A stretch of 64,000 nucleotides of DNA from a virus. Every line of letters begins with the position of its first letter. Positions within the stretch are counted from its first letter, which is position 1. The position numbers were made by a program, and so were the translations under genes. The notes beneath the pieces are model-generated. The model ran no database searches. It was given only the letters and a program-made list of their open reading frames with translations, and was not told the origin of the DNA. The DNA lies in IMG/VR virus record IMGVR_UViG_3300047442_000001, positions 1 to 64,000 of that record, one strand, 5' to 3'. This document shows positions 42,328 to 50,108 of this stretch, one piece after another.

Positions 42328-42725
42328 GGCTTTGGCACAACACGCAGGTTACGAATGTCAACCTGCCCGGTAGTTGGTCCCGGTGTGCCGTCGCGCTTCG
42401 GCCACTGGATGCGCGCGTAGACTACTTGCCCATCTACGTAACACGGCGGAATATCAACACCGACGAAGAACCCACGGCGAACCTTCCCGCGCATGCTTTC
42501 TCGCTCGCCGACGACAACCGGCACGCCGGGACTTAGATGCAGCGCCGCAGCGATGGCGTTTATTCTGTCTTCGGCGGACGGGCCATGCGGCAGTTTCGCA
42601 AATGCTTGATCGTAGTCGGTGAGCGCGGCCGTCAACTCCTCTAAAACGTCCGGGAACATGCTCGTCGTTTGCAGCAGCATATACAGTCGTCTGGCGTCGG
42701 GCTCTGAAATCTCAATTGTCAGCAT
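42324..42725 (-). CDS. hypothetical protein
   Basis: Frame 42324..42758; ATG 42725 after GGAGGAA. Confidence 0.5.
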   Translation of the reverse strand: MLTIEISEPDARRLYMLLQTTSMFPDVLEELTAALTDYDQAFAKLPHGPSAEDRINAIAAALHLSPGVPVVVGERESMRGKVRRGFFVGVDIPPCYVDGQVVYARIQWPKRDGTPGPTTGQVDIRNLRVVPKP

Positions 42726-42808
42726 TCGTTCGTTCCTCCGCACCGTCGCACCTGTCACATGCGCCGGAACTGATTAACGACCCCACGCAGCCGAGACAGA
42801 CGGCACCG

Positions 42809-43378
42809 TTAGACGACCCGGGCGCACGGCGGCAGCCCGTCTGCGTCACGGTCTTCGTCAAACGGGTCACCGCCGCTCATGATTTCGTCGATCTCTTCAT
42901 CCAACCACGACAGCGCATCGTTGAGGCTTGCACCATTCTCGATTCGGGCGATGCACGCCGCAGCTGAGGTGTGCAGTTTGCCGATGCGCGGATCGTCGTC
43001 GTCCGGATCGCTCAGCATCACGTCGCTTTGCGCGTCCGCCAGTGCTTCGGCTTCAGTGTCGAATGGCCCCTCGGGATCACCGTCCGGCACGCAGCCGGTG
43101 TAACCGGCCTGCCAGTACCAACCCACTGACGGAGTGTCAGTCTCATTGACTTGCCGTTCGAGCAACCCATTGCGCTTCGCATAGTCTTCGACCCCCTCAT
43201 AGCGCTGCGAGTCGTCGCGACAATCGCAGGACGAGTAAACATTGTGATAACCGCCGCATGACCCACACTCAAAAATCGTATGCAGTGGGAAGCTATCCGG
43301 CGCGATGTACCAGATTTCCCCATCCGGCAGCGCTCGCGGATCACTCTCACGTCTCGGGTCGAAGTAGAACTGTGCCAT
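42809..43378 (-). CDS. hypothetical acidic protein
   Basis: Frame 42809..43585; ATG 43378 follows the upstream stop; the upstream part of the frame overlaps gene 43380..43595. Confidence 0.5.
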   Translation of the reverse strand: MAQFYFDPRRESDPRALPDGEIWYIAPDSFPLHTIFECGSCGGYHNVYSSCDCRDDSQRYEGVEDYAKRNGLLERQVNETDTPSVGWYWQAGYTGCVPDGDPEGPFDTEAEALADAQSDVMLSDPDDDDPRIGKLHTSAAACIARIENGASLNDALSWLDEEIDEIMSGGDPFDEDRDADGLPPCARVV

Positions 43379-43379
43379 T

Positions 43380-43595
43380 TCAGTAGATCTCCTCAAAGCA
43401 GTCATCACAAAGCTCTGGATCGCCGGTATCCCCGTTGGTGTAGTCCGCAGTGTTCCACAAGAACAACGGATGTACAGGATTCCCTCCGTTGTCCTTGGTA
43501 TCAGGATCGCGTAGTGCCGCTTGGCCGAATCTCTTCTCTGCACACCCCACACAGTGCAGCGCTGCTTCGTACGCGTAACCCACAATTATGCTCAT
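43380..43595 (-). CDS. small Cys-containing protein
   Basis: Frame 43380..43685; ATG 43595 overlaps upstream stop (ATGA). Confidence 0.45.
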   Translation of the reverse strand: MSIIVGYAYEAALHCVGCAEKRFGQAALRDPDTKDNGGNPVHPLFLWNTADYTNGDTGDPELCDDCFEEIY

Positions 43596-43771
43596 GACCC
43601 ACTCCTGCCTGCCTCTGCCCACTGCCGCGCTTTCATGATCGCCCACGCTTCGGCACTTCGATTGTCCAGACCGCACGCGGCGCACACGTACCCGTCGGCA
43701 CGTCTGAACGGGGTCTTACAGGCATAGCACGCGGCGGGATATGACGCGTCGAGTTGTTCGTTCGTGTTCAT
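43592..43771 (-). CDS. small zinc-ribbon-like protein (59 aa)
   Basis: Frame 43592..44026; ATG 43771 lies 6 nt after AGGAG and overlaps the upstream stop; CYAC...CAAC. Confidence 0.4.
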   Translation of the reverse strand: MNTNEQLDASYPAACYACKTPFRRADGYVCAACGLDNRSAEAWAIMKARQWAEAGRSGS

Positions 43772-43929
43772 GGTTCGCTCCTGCACGCCCCGCTGATCGC
43801 CGCTCGGATCTCTTCCACACTCTCCCGCCTGACTTCTCTTCGGATCATGGTCACTCGAGCGCGGCGGTACTCGCGGGCGGCATCGCGGCGGATGGCTGAG
43901 GACTCGGATTGCAATGCTTGGATAGTCAT
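43768..43929 (-). CDS. 53-aa Arg-rich protein (below ORF-track cutoff)
   Basis: ATGA overlaps at both ends bridge an otherwise empty gap; MTIQALQSESSAIRRDAAREYRRARVTMIRREVRRESVEEIRAAISGACRSEP. Confidence 0.35.
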   Translation of the reverse strand: MTIQALQSESSAIRRDAAREYRRARVTMIRREVRRESVEEIRAAISGACRSEP

Positions 43930-44183
43930 TTTGTGCCGTCCTTCGTGTACCCCTCGCAGTGCAGATTCGGGTGTCCGTGTTCAACGATGATTTGCACATC
44001 AGCGTCGAGTCGGTACAGGCAGACACTCAACGTTGCTCTGCCGTCGTTGCCATCGATACGCTGAAATGAGATCAACTCGCCAACCGCTGCAACTTCATCG
44101 GAGAATTCGATAATGCGCTCGCCCGGCAATGCGTACTGATTCGACGGACGTGCAGGATTCGTGACCTTCGGAGCCTTCTTCAT
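43926..44183 (-). CDS. hypothetical protein
   Basis: 85-aa ORF; GGGAGGAA RBS. Confidence 0.5.
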   Translation of the reverse strand: MKKAPKVTNPARPSNQYALPGERIIEFSDEVAAVGELISFQRIDGNDGRATLSVCLYRLDADVQIIVEHGHPNLHCEGYTKDGTK

Positions 44184-44246
44184 GGTGATTCCTCCCGTGA
44201 TGCCCGCCGCTCCATAGCGACGAGCACGGACGCGGGGAACGACCGG

Positions 44247-44501
44247 TTACTCCAGCACGTCAGCACATGGTCCGCAGATTGCCGTGCCAGTGCTGCCGTG
44301 CAACGGGCAAGGCAATGTTGCGAGTAGTGCCTCAATCTCTTCTGAACCGCCATCGGCGACGAGTCGAGACATATCCGTGCGATGTGGTGACTTACCGATG
44401 CCCTCTTCGTCCTTCCAATGGCCAAAGATGGATGGATTCGTGCCGACTGACTTCCCAGTGATAATGAACGGAATCGTGTCGCCGCGAGTGTAGATGCTCA
44501 T
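44247..44501 (-). CDS. hypothetical protein
   Basis: 84-aa ORF. Confidence 0.5.
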   Translation of the reverse strand: MSIYTRGDTIPFIITGKSVGTNPSIFGHWKDEEGIGKSPHRTDMSRLVADGGSEEIEALLATLPCPLHGSTGTAICGPCADVLE

Positions 44502-44764
44502 TTCGCACCGTCCTTCGCGCCCCGAACCTTCGCGGTTGCCGTCGTCGACCGACGCGCCCGCCGCTGCATCATGTCGTGGTAGTACCGCGCACGTGATCCA
44601 TTGGCGTTGGCAGGCTTGTGGTATCTATCGTGGTCAGCAGCGCTGAGCAGTGCGTCAACTTGCGTTCTGCTGAGCGTGTGGAAGTCCGTGCCGAGCGGAA
44701 TACGGCACGATTTGAGTACCGCCAGTGCGTTGGCGCGTTCGCCCTCTACATGTCGTGTTTTCAT
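44498..44764 (-). CDS. hypothetical basic protein
   Basis: 88-aa ORF. Confidence 0.5.
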   Translation of the reverse strand: MKTRHVEGERANALAVLKSCRIPLGTDFHTLSRTQVDALLSAADHDRYHKPANANGSRARYYHDMMQRRARRSTTATAKVRGAKDGAK

Positions 44765-45138
44765 TTCGTCCTCCGAATTTTACTCGTTGCCGTCGTCGCG
44801 CCGCTCAGCCGTCCGGCGATCTTCCGCAGCCTTCCCGCGGCACGCCACTGGTTGATCTCACCCGTCCACAGTTGCGCCGCTGTGGTCCGGAGCTCGTCGG
44901 CGACGCCCGCAAGCGCGTCCTCGAGCGGCTTCATTACTTCGTCCAAGTCCACCGCGTCGCCGTGTGGCATCTCTCCGCCGTAGTCAGAGTGCCGTGCACA
45001 GTTTCGGTCGGTACACGGCGGTTCGGTCGTCGTCGTTGACACCGTCTCCGCGGTCGCGGTCACGTTGCCCGGTGAAGGTTTCCGCGTACGTTTGCCTGCG
45101 CCCTTGGACTTCGTCACTTTCGCCTGTGTTGTGTTCAT
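44761..45138 (-). CDS. hypothetical protein
   Basis: Frame 44761..45219; ATG 45138 lies just after the upstream stop. Confidence 0.5.
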   Translation of the reverse strand: MNTTQAKVTKSKGAGKRTRKPSPGNVTATAETVSTTTTEPPCTDRNCARHSDYGGEMPHGDAVDLDEVMKPLEDALAGVADELRTTAAQLWTGEINQWRAAGRLRKIAGRLSGATTATSKIRRTK

Positions 45139-45143
45139 AGTTG

Positions 45144-45347
45144 TCACTCTTTCTCGCTGTCCGGATCGTGGACATTCCGCAACTCCACGGACCATTCCCA
45201 CCAATGTCCACGCCGACACATCACCGGCCCGCTAGATACGTGCGTTGTGCTCGTGGGATCATCGAACGTGGTGCGCATCGCTGCACCGCAGTGGCACTGC
45301 GCTGCCAGATCGGCACGGATGAATCCTGCCTGCTTCGGTTGTCGCAT
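45144..45347 (-). CDS. small Cys/His-containing protein
   Basis: Frame 45144..45650; ATG 45347 lies just after the upstream stop. Confidence 0.45.
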   Translation of the reverse strand: MRQPKQAGFIRADLAAQCHCGAAMRTTFDDPTSTTHVSSGPVMCRRGHWWEWSVELRNVHDPDSEKE

Positions 45348-45352
45348 GGTGA

Positions 45353-45550
45353 CTAGTGCTCCTGCTCCGTGTCCATGGTCGCGAGCGTCATGAAGGTCGT
45401 ATGAGCGACGTAGACGTTGATTTCCTTCATTGGCACAGACACGGTACAGTCGCGCCAGACGAACGTGGAACCGTGGACGAAGGTCAATGCGTCGTGAAGG
45501 ATGATGTCGCCGCCGCCGCGTGTGAGGACCGCTGAGAAGGTGGAAGTCAT
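45353..45550 (-). CDS. hypothetical protein
   Basis: 65-aa ORF; ATGA overlap with upstream gene. Confidence 0.45.
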   Translation of the reverse strand: MTSTFSAVLTRGGGDIILHDALTFVHGSTFVWRDCTVSVPMKEINVYVAHTTFMTLATMDTEQEH

Positions 45551-45768
45551 CGCACCTCCGCCGTGAACACGTGCGTTGATTCACCCGGCACGGGAGCGGC
45601 GGTGTCCCAAACGAAACCAAGCTCCGCGCCGAGTTCCCGCCACGTGTCATTCGCGTTCTCGGCAGGTGAGCGTGGTTCCATTCCGCCCGCCACGATGTAC
45701 AGGACCGGCTGGCACGCGGCCATCAGTCGCGCGTGCTGCTCCTCTGTGAGTTTAAATTGTTTGCGCAT
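45547..45768 (-). CDS. hypothetical protein (first gene of the leftward arm)
   Basis: 73-aa ORF; GGAGGGAGAA RBS. Confidence 0.5.
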   Translation of the reverse strand: MRKQFKLTEEQHARLMAACQPVLYIVAGGMEPRSPAENANDTWRELGAELGFVWDTAAPVPGESTHVFTAEVR

Positions 45769-46068
45769 TGCGTTCTCCCTCCACCGGTTCAGTCACCGAA
45801 GCCCTTGGACTTCGGGAACTCAACTCGGCCGGCGAGCCTGTCACGCGCTCGCCGCGAGTCAGTCCTTCATGGCATCTGCCGCCGTGCTCCGTCGCCGCGA
45901 ACCGGCCCGACCATTTAGCACTTCCAACCCTAGCTCGTAGTTGGTGTCTGGTCGCCGCCCGCTGTCGCGCTAGCTACCCGCGGACCGCATGGACTGCCGA
46001 GTTTTCAATGACCTTCGGGTTGCTTCGTTGTTCGTCTGAAGTCTGAAGTAACCTGATGTACTATGACA

Positions 46069-46096
46069 ATCATATGCCTTTCTTGACTGAAGTCAA
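46069..46096 (-). promoter_or_regulatory. leftward promoter TTGACT-N16-TATGAT overlapping palindrome TTGACTGAAGTCAA (46083-46096)
   Basis: Minus strand reads TTGACTTCAGTCAAGAAAGGCATATGAT; would give a ~290-nt leader before ATG 45768. Confidence 0.5.
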
Positions 46097-46395
46097 GTGG
46101 TCGTGATGACTTTAGTCAACAATCTTCACTTCGCAAGTTATCCAAGGTGAAACCTGCTTAAGTGGTCACGTGAACGTTGACTTCTGGCGCGACCTGTGAT
46201 CCGAGTTCACTTCGCCACTTAACACTTGACTTCTGAGCCCAACGTCCGACCGAAACAGTCAACGGGACTGATACATTTTGTACCACTTAGCTACTTACTT
46301 CCACAGCCACCTCAGCGAAGATCAACCGTCCGTGCGGACGTCAACTAGTTGACATTCAACCGGTAGCACTTCGGTTACCGGTAACAGTACGCAGC

Positions 46396-46431
46396 TTGAC
46401 TACTTCGTCAACGTCTTGACTACTTAGTCAA
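46396..46431. repeat. two 16-bp inverted-repeat sites TTGACTACTT(C/A)GTCAA, 20 bp centre to centre
   Basis: 46396-46411 and 46416-46431, read directly. Confidence 0.6.
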
Positions 46432-46750
46432 CTAGCGAACGTTCCTTAGCTACTTCGGTCCCAAGCGGCCGGTCGTCCGATTGAAGGACCGTGCCGGCGC
46501 CCGAAGCAACGGACCGACGAAGCCACTAGTCAACGTGTGGACTACTTCGCTTCGGCCGCGGTCTTAGTTACTTCGGTCCTTAGCCACTTAAGGACTGAAG
46601 TCCTCCGGCCGTCCGATCCTTCGGTCCTTCGTTCCGTCCTTAAGTACTTCGGTACTTCGGTTTATTCGTTGAAGGGGTAGGTGGGCTAAGGGGCGTGGTG
46701 GGGAAGTCGCCGCCTAGAGCGCGATTTTAAAAATTCAGACGAATTGACTG

Positions 46751-46780
46751 TTGACTAGAGTCACGGTCGTACAGTAAGCT
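46751..46780 (+). promoter_or_regulatory. rightward promoter TTGACT-N18-TAAGCT, leaderless geometry
   Basis: The -10 box ends 7 nt before ATG 46788; no SD; a second TTGACT at 46744. Confidence 0.5.
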
Positions 46781-46787
46781 GCTGATC

Positions 46788-47012
46788 ATGCTGCGCAAAC
46801 ACTTCGCATCAAGTCCGTCGCTCTGGAGCACTCCACGCCACAAGTTGGACCCAACGTTCGACGCGGGCGAAGTTCGCCGCTACCTCCGCTTCGCCAGGTT
46901 GGAAGAGGACCGAAGGAAGATCACGAGACTGTTGCGACGAGCGAAGGAACACGCCGCGGCCGCGTGGCGGATCGCGCGATTGATCGAGAAGCAAGAGGAG
47001 ATGCAACGATGA
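46788..47012 (+). CDS. hypothetical basic protein (first gene of the rightward arm)
   Basis: 74-aa ORF. Confidence 0.5.
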   Translation: MLRKHFASSPSLWSTPRHKLDPTFDAGEVRRYLRFARLEEDRRKITRLLRRAKEHAAAAWRIARLIEKQEEMQR

Positions 47013-47215
47013 AACGATACTTCTGTGATGTGTGCAACACCGAAGCAGCGACTGGAGGTGCGCTACAGCAGGTCAAACTCGATATCTACAGCGGTGCCAC
47101 CGCTGCACATACCGTATTTGATAAGGACGAAGTGTGCCTGAGCTGCCGCGTGATGATCGAAGCGGTATCGAAGACGTGGAGCCCGGAGCCCAGATCGATC
47201 AATCGGTCGCAGTAA
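47009..47215 (+). CDS. small zinc-ribbon protein
   Basis: Frame 46964..47215; ATG 47009 overlaps upstream stop (ATGA); CDVC...CLSC. Confidence 0.5.
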   Translation: MKRYFCDVCNTEAATGGALQQVKLDIYSGATAAHTVFDKDEVCLSCRVMIEAVSKTWSPEPRSINRSQ

Positions 47216-47221
47216 CGAACG

Positions 47222-47518
47222 ATGAGTTCCTTCGATACTTACTTGATCCTGTGCCCTAGCTGCGGAGCTCAGCTCGAGTTCCAGACCAAAGCCCGTTACG
47301 GCTATGGCGGCAAGTTTGAATACTTCACCACTGACCCCACGATCCAGCGACCGGTCCACTCTACCGCGGTCGTCACGTTCGGCGTTCCCGAGTGGGTACG
47401 TGCGGACTTGGTGAACGATGAGCGCACGTGCCGACCGTGCGGCCGAAGAGTGAAGCTCGACGCCGAGTTGAAGCCGCTACGGATGTTGAATCGTGGAAGG
47501 AAGACCGATGGCGTTTGA
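47222..47518 (+). CDS. small zinc-ribbon protein
   Basis: 98 aa; CPSC...CRPC. Confidence 0.5.
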   Translation: MSSFDTYLILCPSCGAQLEFQTKARYGYGGKFEYFTTDPTIQRPVHSTAVVTFGVPEWVRADLVNDERTCRPCGRRVKLDAELKPLRMLNRGRKTDGV

Positions 47519-47891
47519 TGCAGATGAAGTGCACGAATACGTGGAGAGCACCTTCGCTTCACTGGGTTCGCCGGTCGTCGATCCGTACCGTGAGACTGGT
47601 TTCGAGGTCTATTCGACCGAAGCGGGCGCACACGGCGGCGATGTGCTGATTGTTCAGCCACCACGGCGCAGATATGGTCGTGCTCACGGTCTGGTGCAGG
47701 CTGCAAAGACTGTTGGCTACAAAGCTCGTGCGGAAGCTGCGAGAGAAACCACTTGTCACCTGTGCAGTCGACCGAATCGAGTTCTAGATTCAGCCAACAG
47801 ATGCACGGGTCGAACGATGTGTGAACGTTCTCGAATTTCGCAGCTCAGCGCGCTTGAGCGTGCACACAGGGAGAGTTCCGGTGGCGAATGA
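47508..47891 (+). CDS. hypothetical protein
   Basis: Frame 47493..47891; ATG 47508 after GGAAGGAAG. Confidence 0.5.
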   Translation: MAFDADEVHEYVESTFASLGSPVVDPYRETGFEVYSTEAGAHGGDVLIVQPPRRRYGRAHGLVQAAKTVGYKARAEAARETTCHLCSRPNRVLDSANRCTGRTMCERSRISQLSALERAHRESSGGE

Positions 47892-48486
47892 GTCTGTCGA
47901 CCTCTCCACCGACGAGCTCGACGTCGTCACGTCGAACTTCGATCCGGATTCCGCGGTTGAGCTCCTTCAGTCCTGCGACTTCGGTCTCGAGCCCACCGAT
48001 CCGGTGTTCCAAGCCGCCGTCGTCATGTTGTGCCCCGGCGCGATTCCAGCGTCCTTCGGTTACCACCAGATCGACTTCTATCGCGAAGTGAAAGCTCGGC
48101 TGCTTCGCGACTGGATCTGGATTCCTTCGGCTCCGAACAAAGTGATCCGTGCCGCGTGGCGCCGCGACAACGGTCGCGGTCACGTCGCCTTGCTTCTCGA
48201 CGCGATGGTCGCCGCCGGCCGCTTCGGCGACGAAGAAACGCAGATCCGGAGAACTTGGTCCGGCAGCTACCACACCGAGTCCACCCGTCCTTCGTCCGAG
48301 TCGCAACGTTCCCGAGTTCTGAGCCACCTGAAGACTGTAGCCTCGGCCTCAGCCGCGGACGTCTCAGTCCATCTCACCGCGATCGGTCCACCGGTCACCC
48401 GCTCCGCGGTCCAGTCGATCCTTTCACGGCTCCACAAAGCTTCGGAAGTGGTCAACGTCCACGGTATCTGGAGAGCTTCGATCTGA
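47881..48486 (+). CDS. hypothetical protein with C-terminal winged-helix-like segment
   Basis: Frame 47821..48486; GTG 47881 lies 5 nt after GGGAGAG; RSRVLSHLKTVASASAADVSVHLTAIGPPVTRSAVQSILSRL. Confidence 0.45.
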   Translation: MANESVDLSTDELDVVTSNFDPDSAVELLQSCDFGLEPTDPVFQAAVVMLCPGAIPASFGYHQIDFYREVKARLLRDWIWIPSAPNKVIRAAWRRDNGRGHVALLLDAMVAAGRFGDEETQIRRTWSGSYHTESTRPSSESQRSRVLSHLKTVASASAADVSVHLTAIGPPVTRSAVQSILSRLHKASEVVNVHGIWRASI

Positions 48487-48603
48487 GCCCTTCAGTCGAC
48501 GTTCCGAACGTGCGCCAACTTGGTGCGCAATTGACGCGCGAAAACGCACGAAATGACCACTTTCACCGAGTTTTCAGCCCCGAGCTCAAATTTCAACGAA
48601 ACG

Positions 48604-48667
48604 CTTCGTACTTCAGCAACAGTCCGCGTTCTCAGTCACTTACGTCCGAATTCCACGAAGTACGAAG
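48604..48667. repeat. 11-bp inverted repeat CTTCGTACTTC / GAAGTACGAAG with 42-nt spacer
   Basis: Arms at 48604-48614 and 48657-48667, in the 260-nt gap before gene 48747. Confidence 0.4.
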
Positions 48668-48746
48668 TCCTTCGTGTGTACGTGCACACAGCGTAGGAAT
48701 CGGTACTCTAGTATTATAGGGGAGTGTGAGGGGGTCACGAGCTGCT

Positions 48747-49307
48747 ATGCCGAAGTCCAAAACGAAGCCGCCGCGTCGAGTTCCAGGCGACAACTCCAGC
48801 ACCGAGATCGAGTACCAGAGACTTCGGAAGCTTCAGGACGAACTCGAACACCGCCAACGCGGCTTCCGGCTACCGCGGCGTCACGTGTCCGTTCCACACG
48901 ACGCCAAGGTCACGGTCTACTTCACCCAAACCGAAGCTGAAGCGATCAAGTCGACCGCCGAACGTCTGGCAAAGTGGAAGCGCCGGCACGTGTCCAAGTT
49001 CACCGTCCCCGAGTTCATCCGGGCCGCGGTCAACGCCTTCGTCACTTTGGTTCCCGACGACGAGGAGATTGAACAGATTCTCTTCGTTCGACACTTCGGC
49101 TTGGACACTTCGTCCGAGTCCGAGTCCGAAGTCGAAGATCGTTCAAATTCAACTCTGAACGAAGTAACCCGGTCCGCGGTCCACTTCGCTACGTCCGAAG
49201 CCCAAGTCCCCGCGACCGTCGACCCCTTCAGTCCACCGAAGCTGGACCGAAGAACCAAGTCGAAACTGTCCACTGGTCGGGCTCGACGGTCGCCGAAGAA
49301 AAGTTGA
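48747..49307 (+). CDS. ribbon-helix-helix-type protein
   Basis: Frame 48726..49307; ATG 48747; KVTVYFTQTEAEAIKSTAERLAKWKRRHVSKFTVPEFIRAAV. Confidence 0.5.
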   Translation: MPKSKTKPPRRVPGDNSSTEIEYQRLRKLQDELEHRQRGFRLPRRHVSVPHDAKVTVYFTQTEAEAIKSTAERLAKWKRRHVSKFTVPEFIRAAVNAFVTLVPDDEEIEQILFVRHFGLDTSSESESEVEDRSNSTLNEVTRSAVHFATSEAQVPATVDPFSPPKLDRRTKSKLSTGRARRSPKKS

Positions 49308-49310
49308 CCG

Positions 49311-49341
49311 TTGACTTCCGCCGCACCGGCTGTGCTACACT
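49311..49341 (+). promoter_or_regulatory. weak promoter candidate TTGACT-N19-TACACT
   Basis: Tandem TTGACC/TTGACT at 49303-49316; the spacer is long. Confidence 0.3.
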
Positions 49342-49493
49342 CCGCCGCGTGCTGCGATCTTGGTTCAACTTTCTTCCGGTCTTCGTCGTCCGGTACTTCG
49401 CCAAACGTCGCTGCGAAGTCCTCAGTCTCGGCGACATGAACTTTGTTCAAGCTCTCCCCGGCGTCCTCTTCGCTCTTCCATCCGGAGCCGCCG

Positions 49494-49811
49494 ATGTCTG
49501 AGCCGGCATCCGAGCCCACTTCGGTCCCGACCACGGTCTTCGTGAAGTCCTCCGAACGCGGACTTTCCTTGGTCGACCTTGAGCTCCTGATCGTCCGTCG
49601 CACCTGCGCCGCGATCCTTGCGAGTACAGCGCGACTGGCTTCGGACTTGGACACCTTCCTCGCTACAGTCGCAGGGCTGGACCGCCGCGAGAGCGAATTC
49701 ACTCGTCAAGCTTTGAACAAAGCCATAGAAGACTTCACTTCGGCCGTGAACGAAGTCGAGTCCGCAGCATGGTCCAAGTCCGCGTCTACCGTCCCCACTT
49801 CGGTCTCTTAG
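49494..49811 (+). CDS. hypothetical protein
   Basis: Frame 49443..49811; ATG 49494 lies 7 nt after GGAG. Confidence 0.5.
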   Translation: MSEPASEPTSVPTTVFVKSSERGLSLVDLELLIVRRTCAAILASTARLASDLDTFLATVAGLDRRESEFTRQALNKAIEDFTSAVNEVESAAWSKSASTVPTSVS

Positions 49812-49815
49812 CTCC

Positions 49816-50058
49816 GTGGGCTACACGACCCAGCCCACCGACCACATCCTGGTCTTCGAGCTTGGCTCCTTCACCTTCGGGCTGATCTACGACCCTCGTA
49901 CACGTCTGGTGCGCCGCGCTCCACCGGTCGCGAAGAAGTGGCTCCACCGGCACATCGAAGACGCGATCGAACACTACCGCGGTCGCGGTGCGGTCATCCG
50001 TCACGAGTCCGATGAAACCATCGAGCCCTTAACCACTTCAATCAAAGTTGTTGACTGA
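49816..50058 (+). CDS. hypothetical protein
   Basis: 80-aa ORF; GTG start; its stop codon lies inside the palindrome at 50051. Confidence 0.45.
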   Translation: MGYTTQPTDHILVFELGSFTFGLIYDPRTRLVRRAPPVAKKWLHRHIEDAIEHYRGRGAVIRHESDETIEPLTTSIKVVD

Positions 50059-50080
50059 AGTCAATCGTCCGGTTTACCAT
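50051..50080 (+). promoter_or_regulatory. promoter TTGACT-N18-TACCAT overlapping palindrome TTGACTGAAGTCAA (50051-50064)
   Basis: Read directly, upstream of gene 50109. Confidence 0.45.
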
Positions 50081-50108
50081 CGCGTTCCGACATAATGTCG
50101 ACCGCGTC

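Larger units (their letters stand above)
45769..46787. other. 1019-bp non-coding, repeat- and palindrome-dense divergent control hub (origin, genome-end or master-operator candidate)
   Basis: No credible ORF; flanked by divergent gene starts at 45768 (-) and 46788 (+); many TTGAC/GTCAAC sites, palindromes and direct repeats (see findings). Confidence 0.6.

Noticed and set aside
45768-46046. 92-aa + strand ORF at the left edge of the hub
   Set aside because: It has no RBS, its composition is Arg/Ser/Pro-rich, and it sits in the leader of the leftward operon.
46083-46660. CRISPR array or tRNA genes in the repeat-rich hub
   Set aside because: The repeats are short, heterogeneous and irregularly spaced, with no repeat-spacer periodicity. 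I found no GTTCRANYC T-loop or cloverleaf. I recognised no tRNA-like sequence anywhere in the window.
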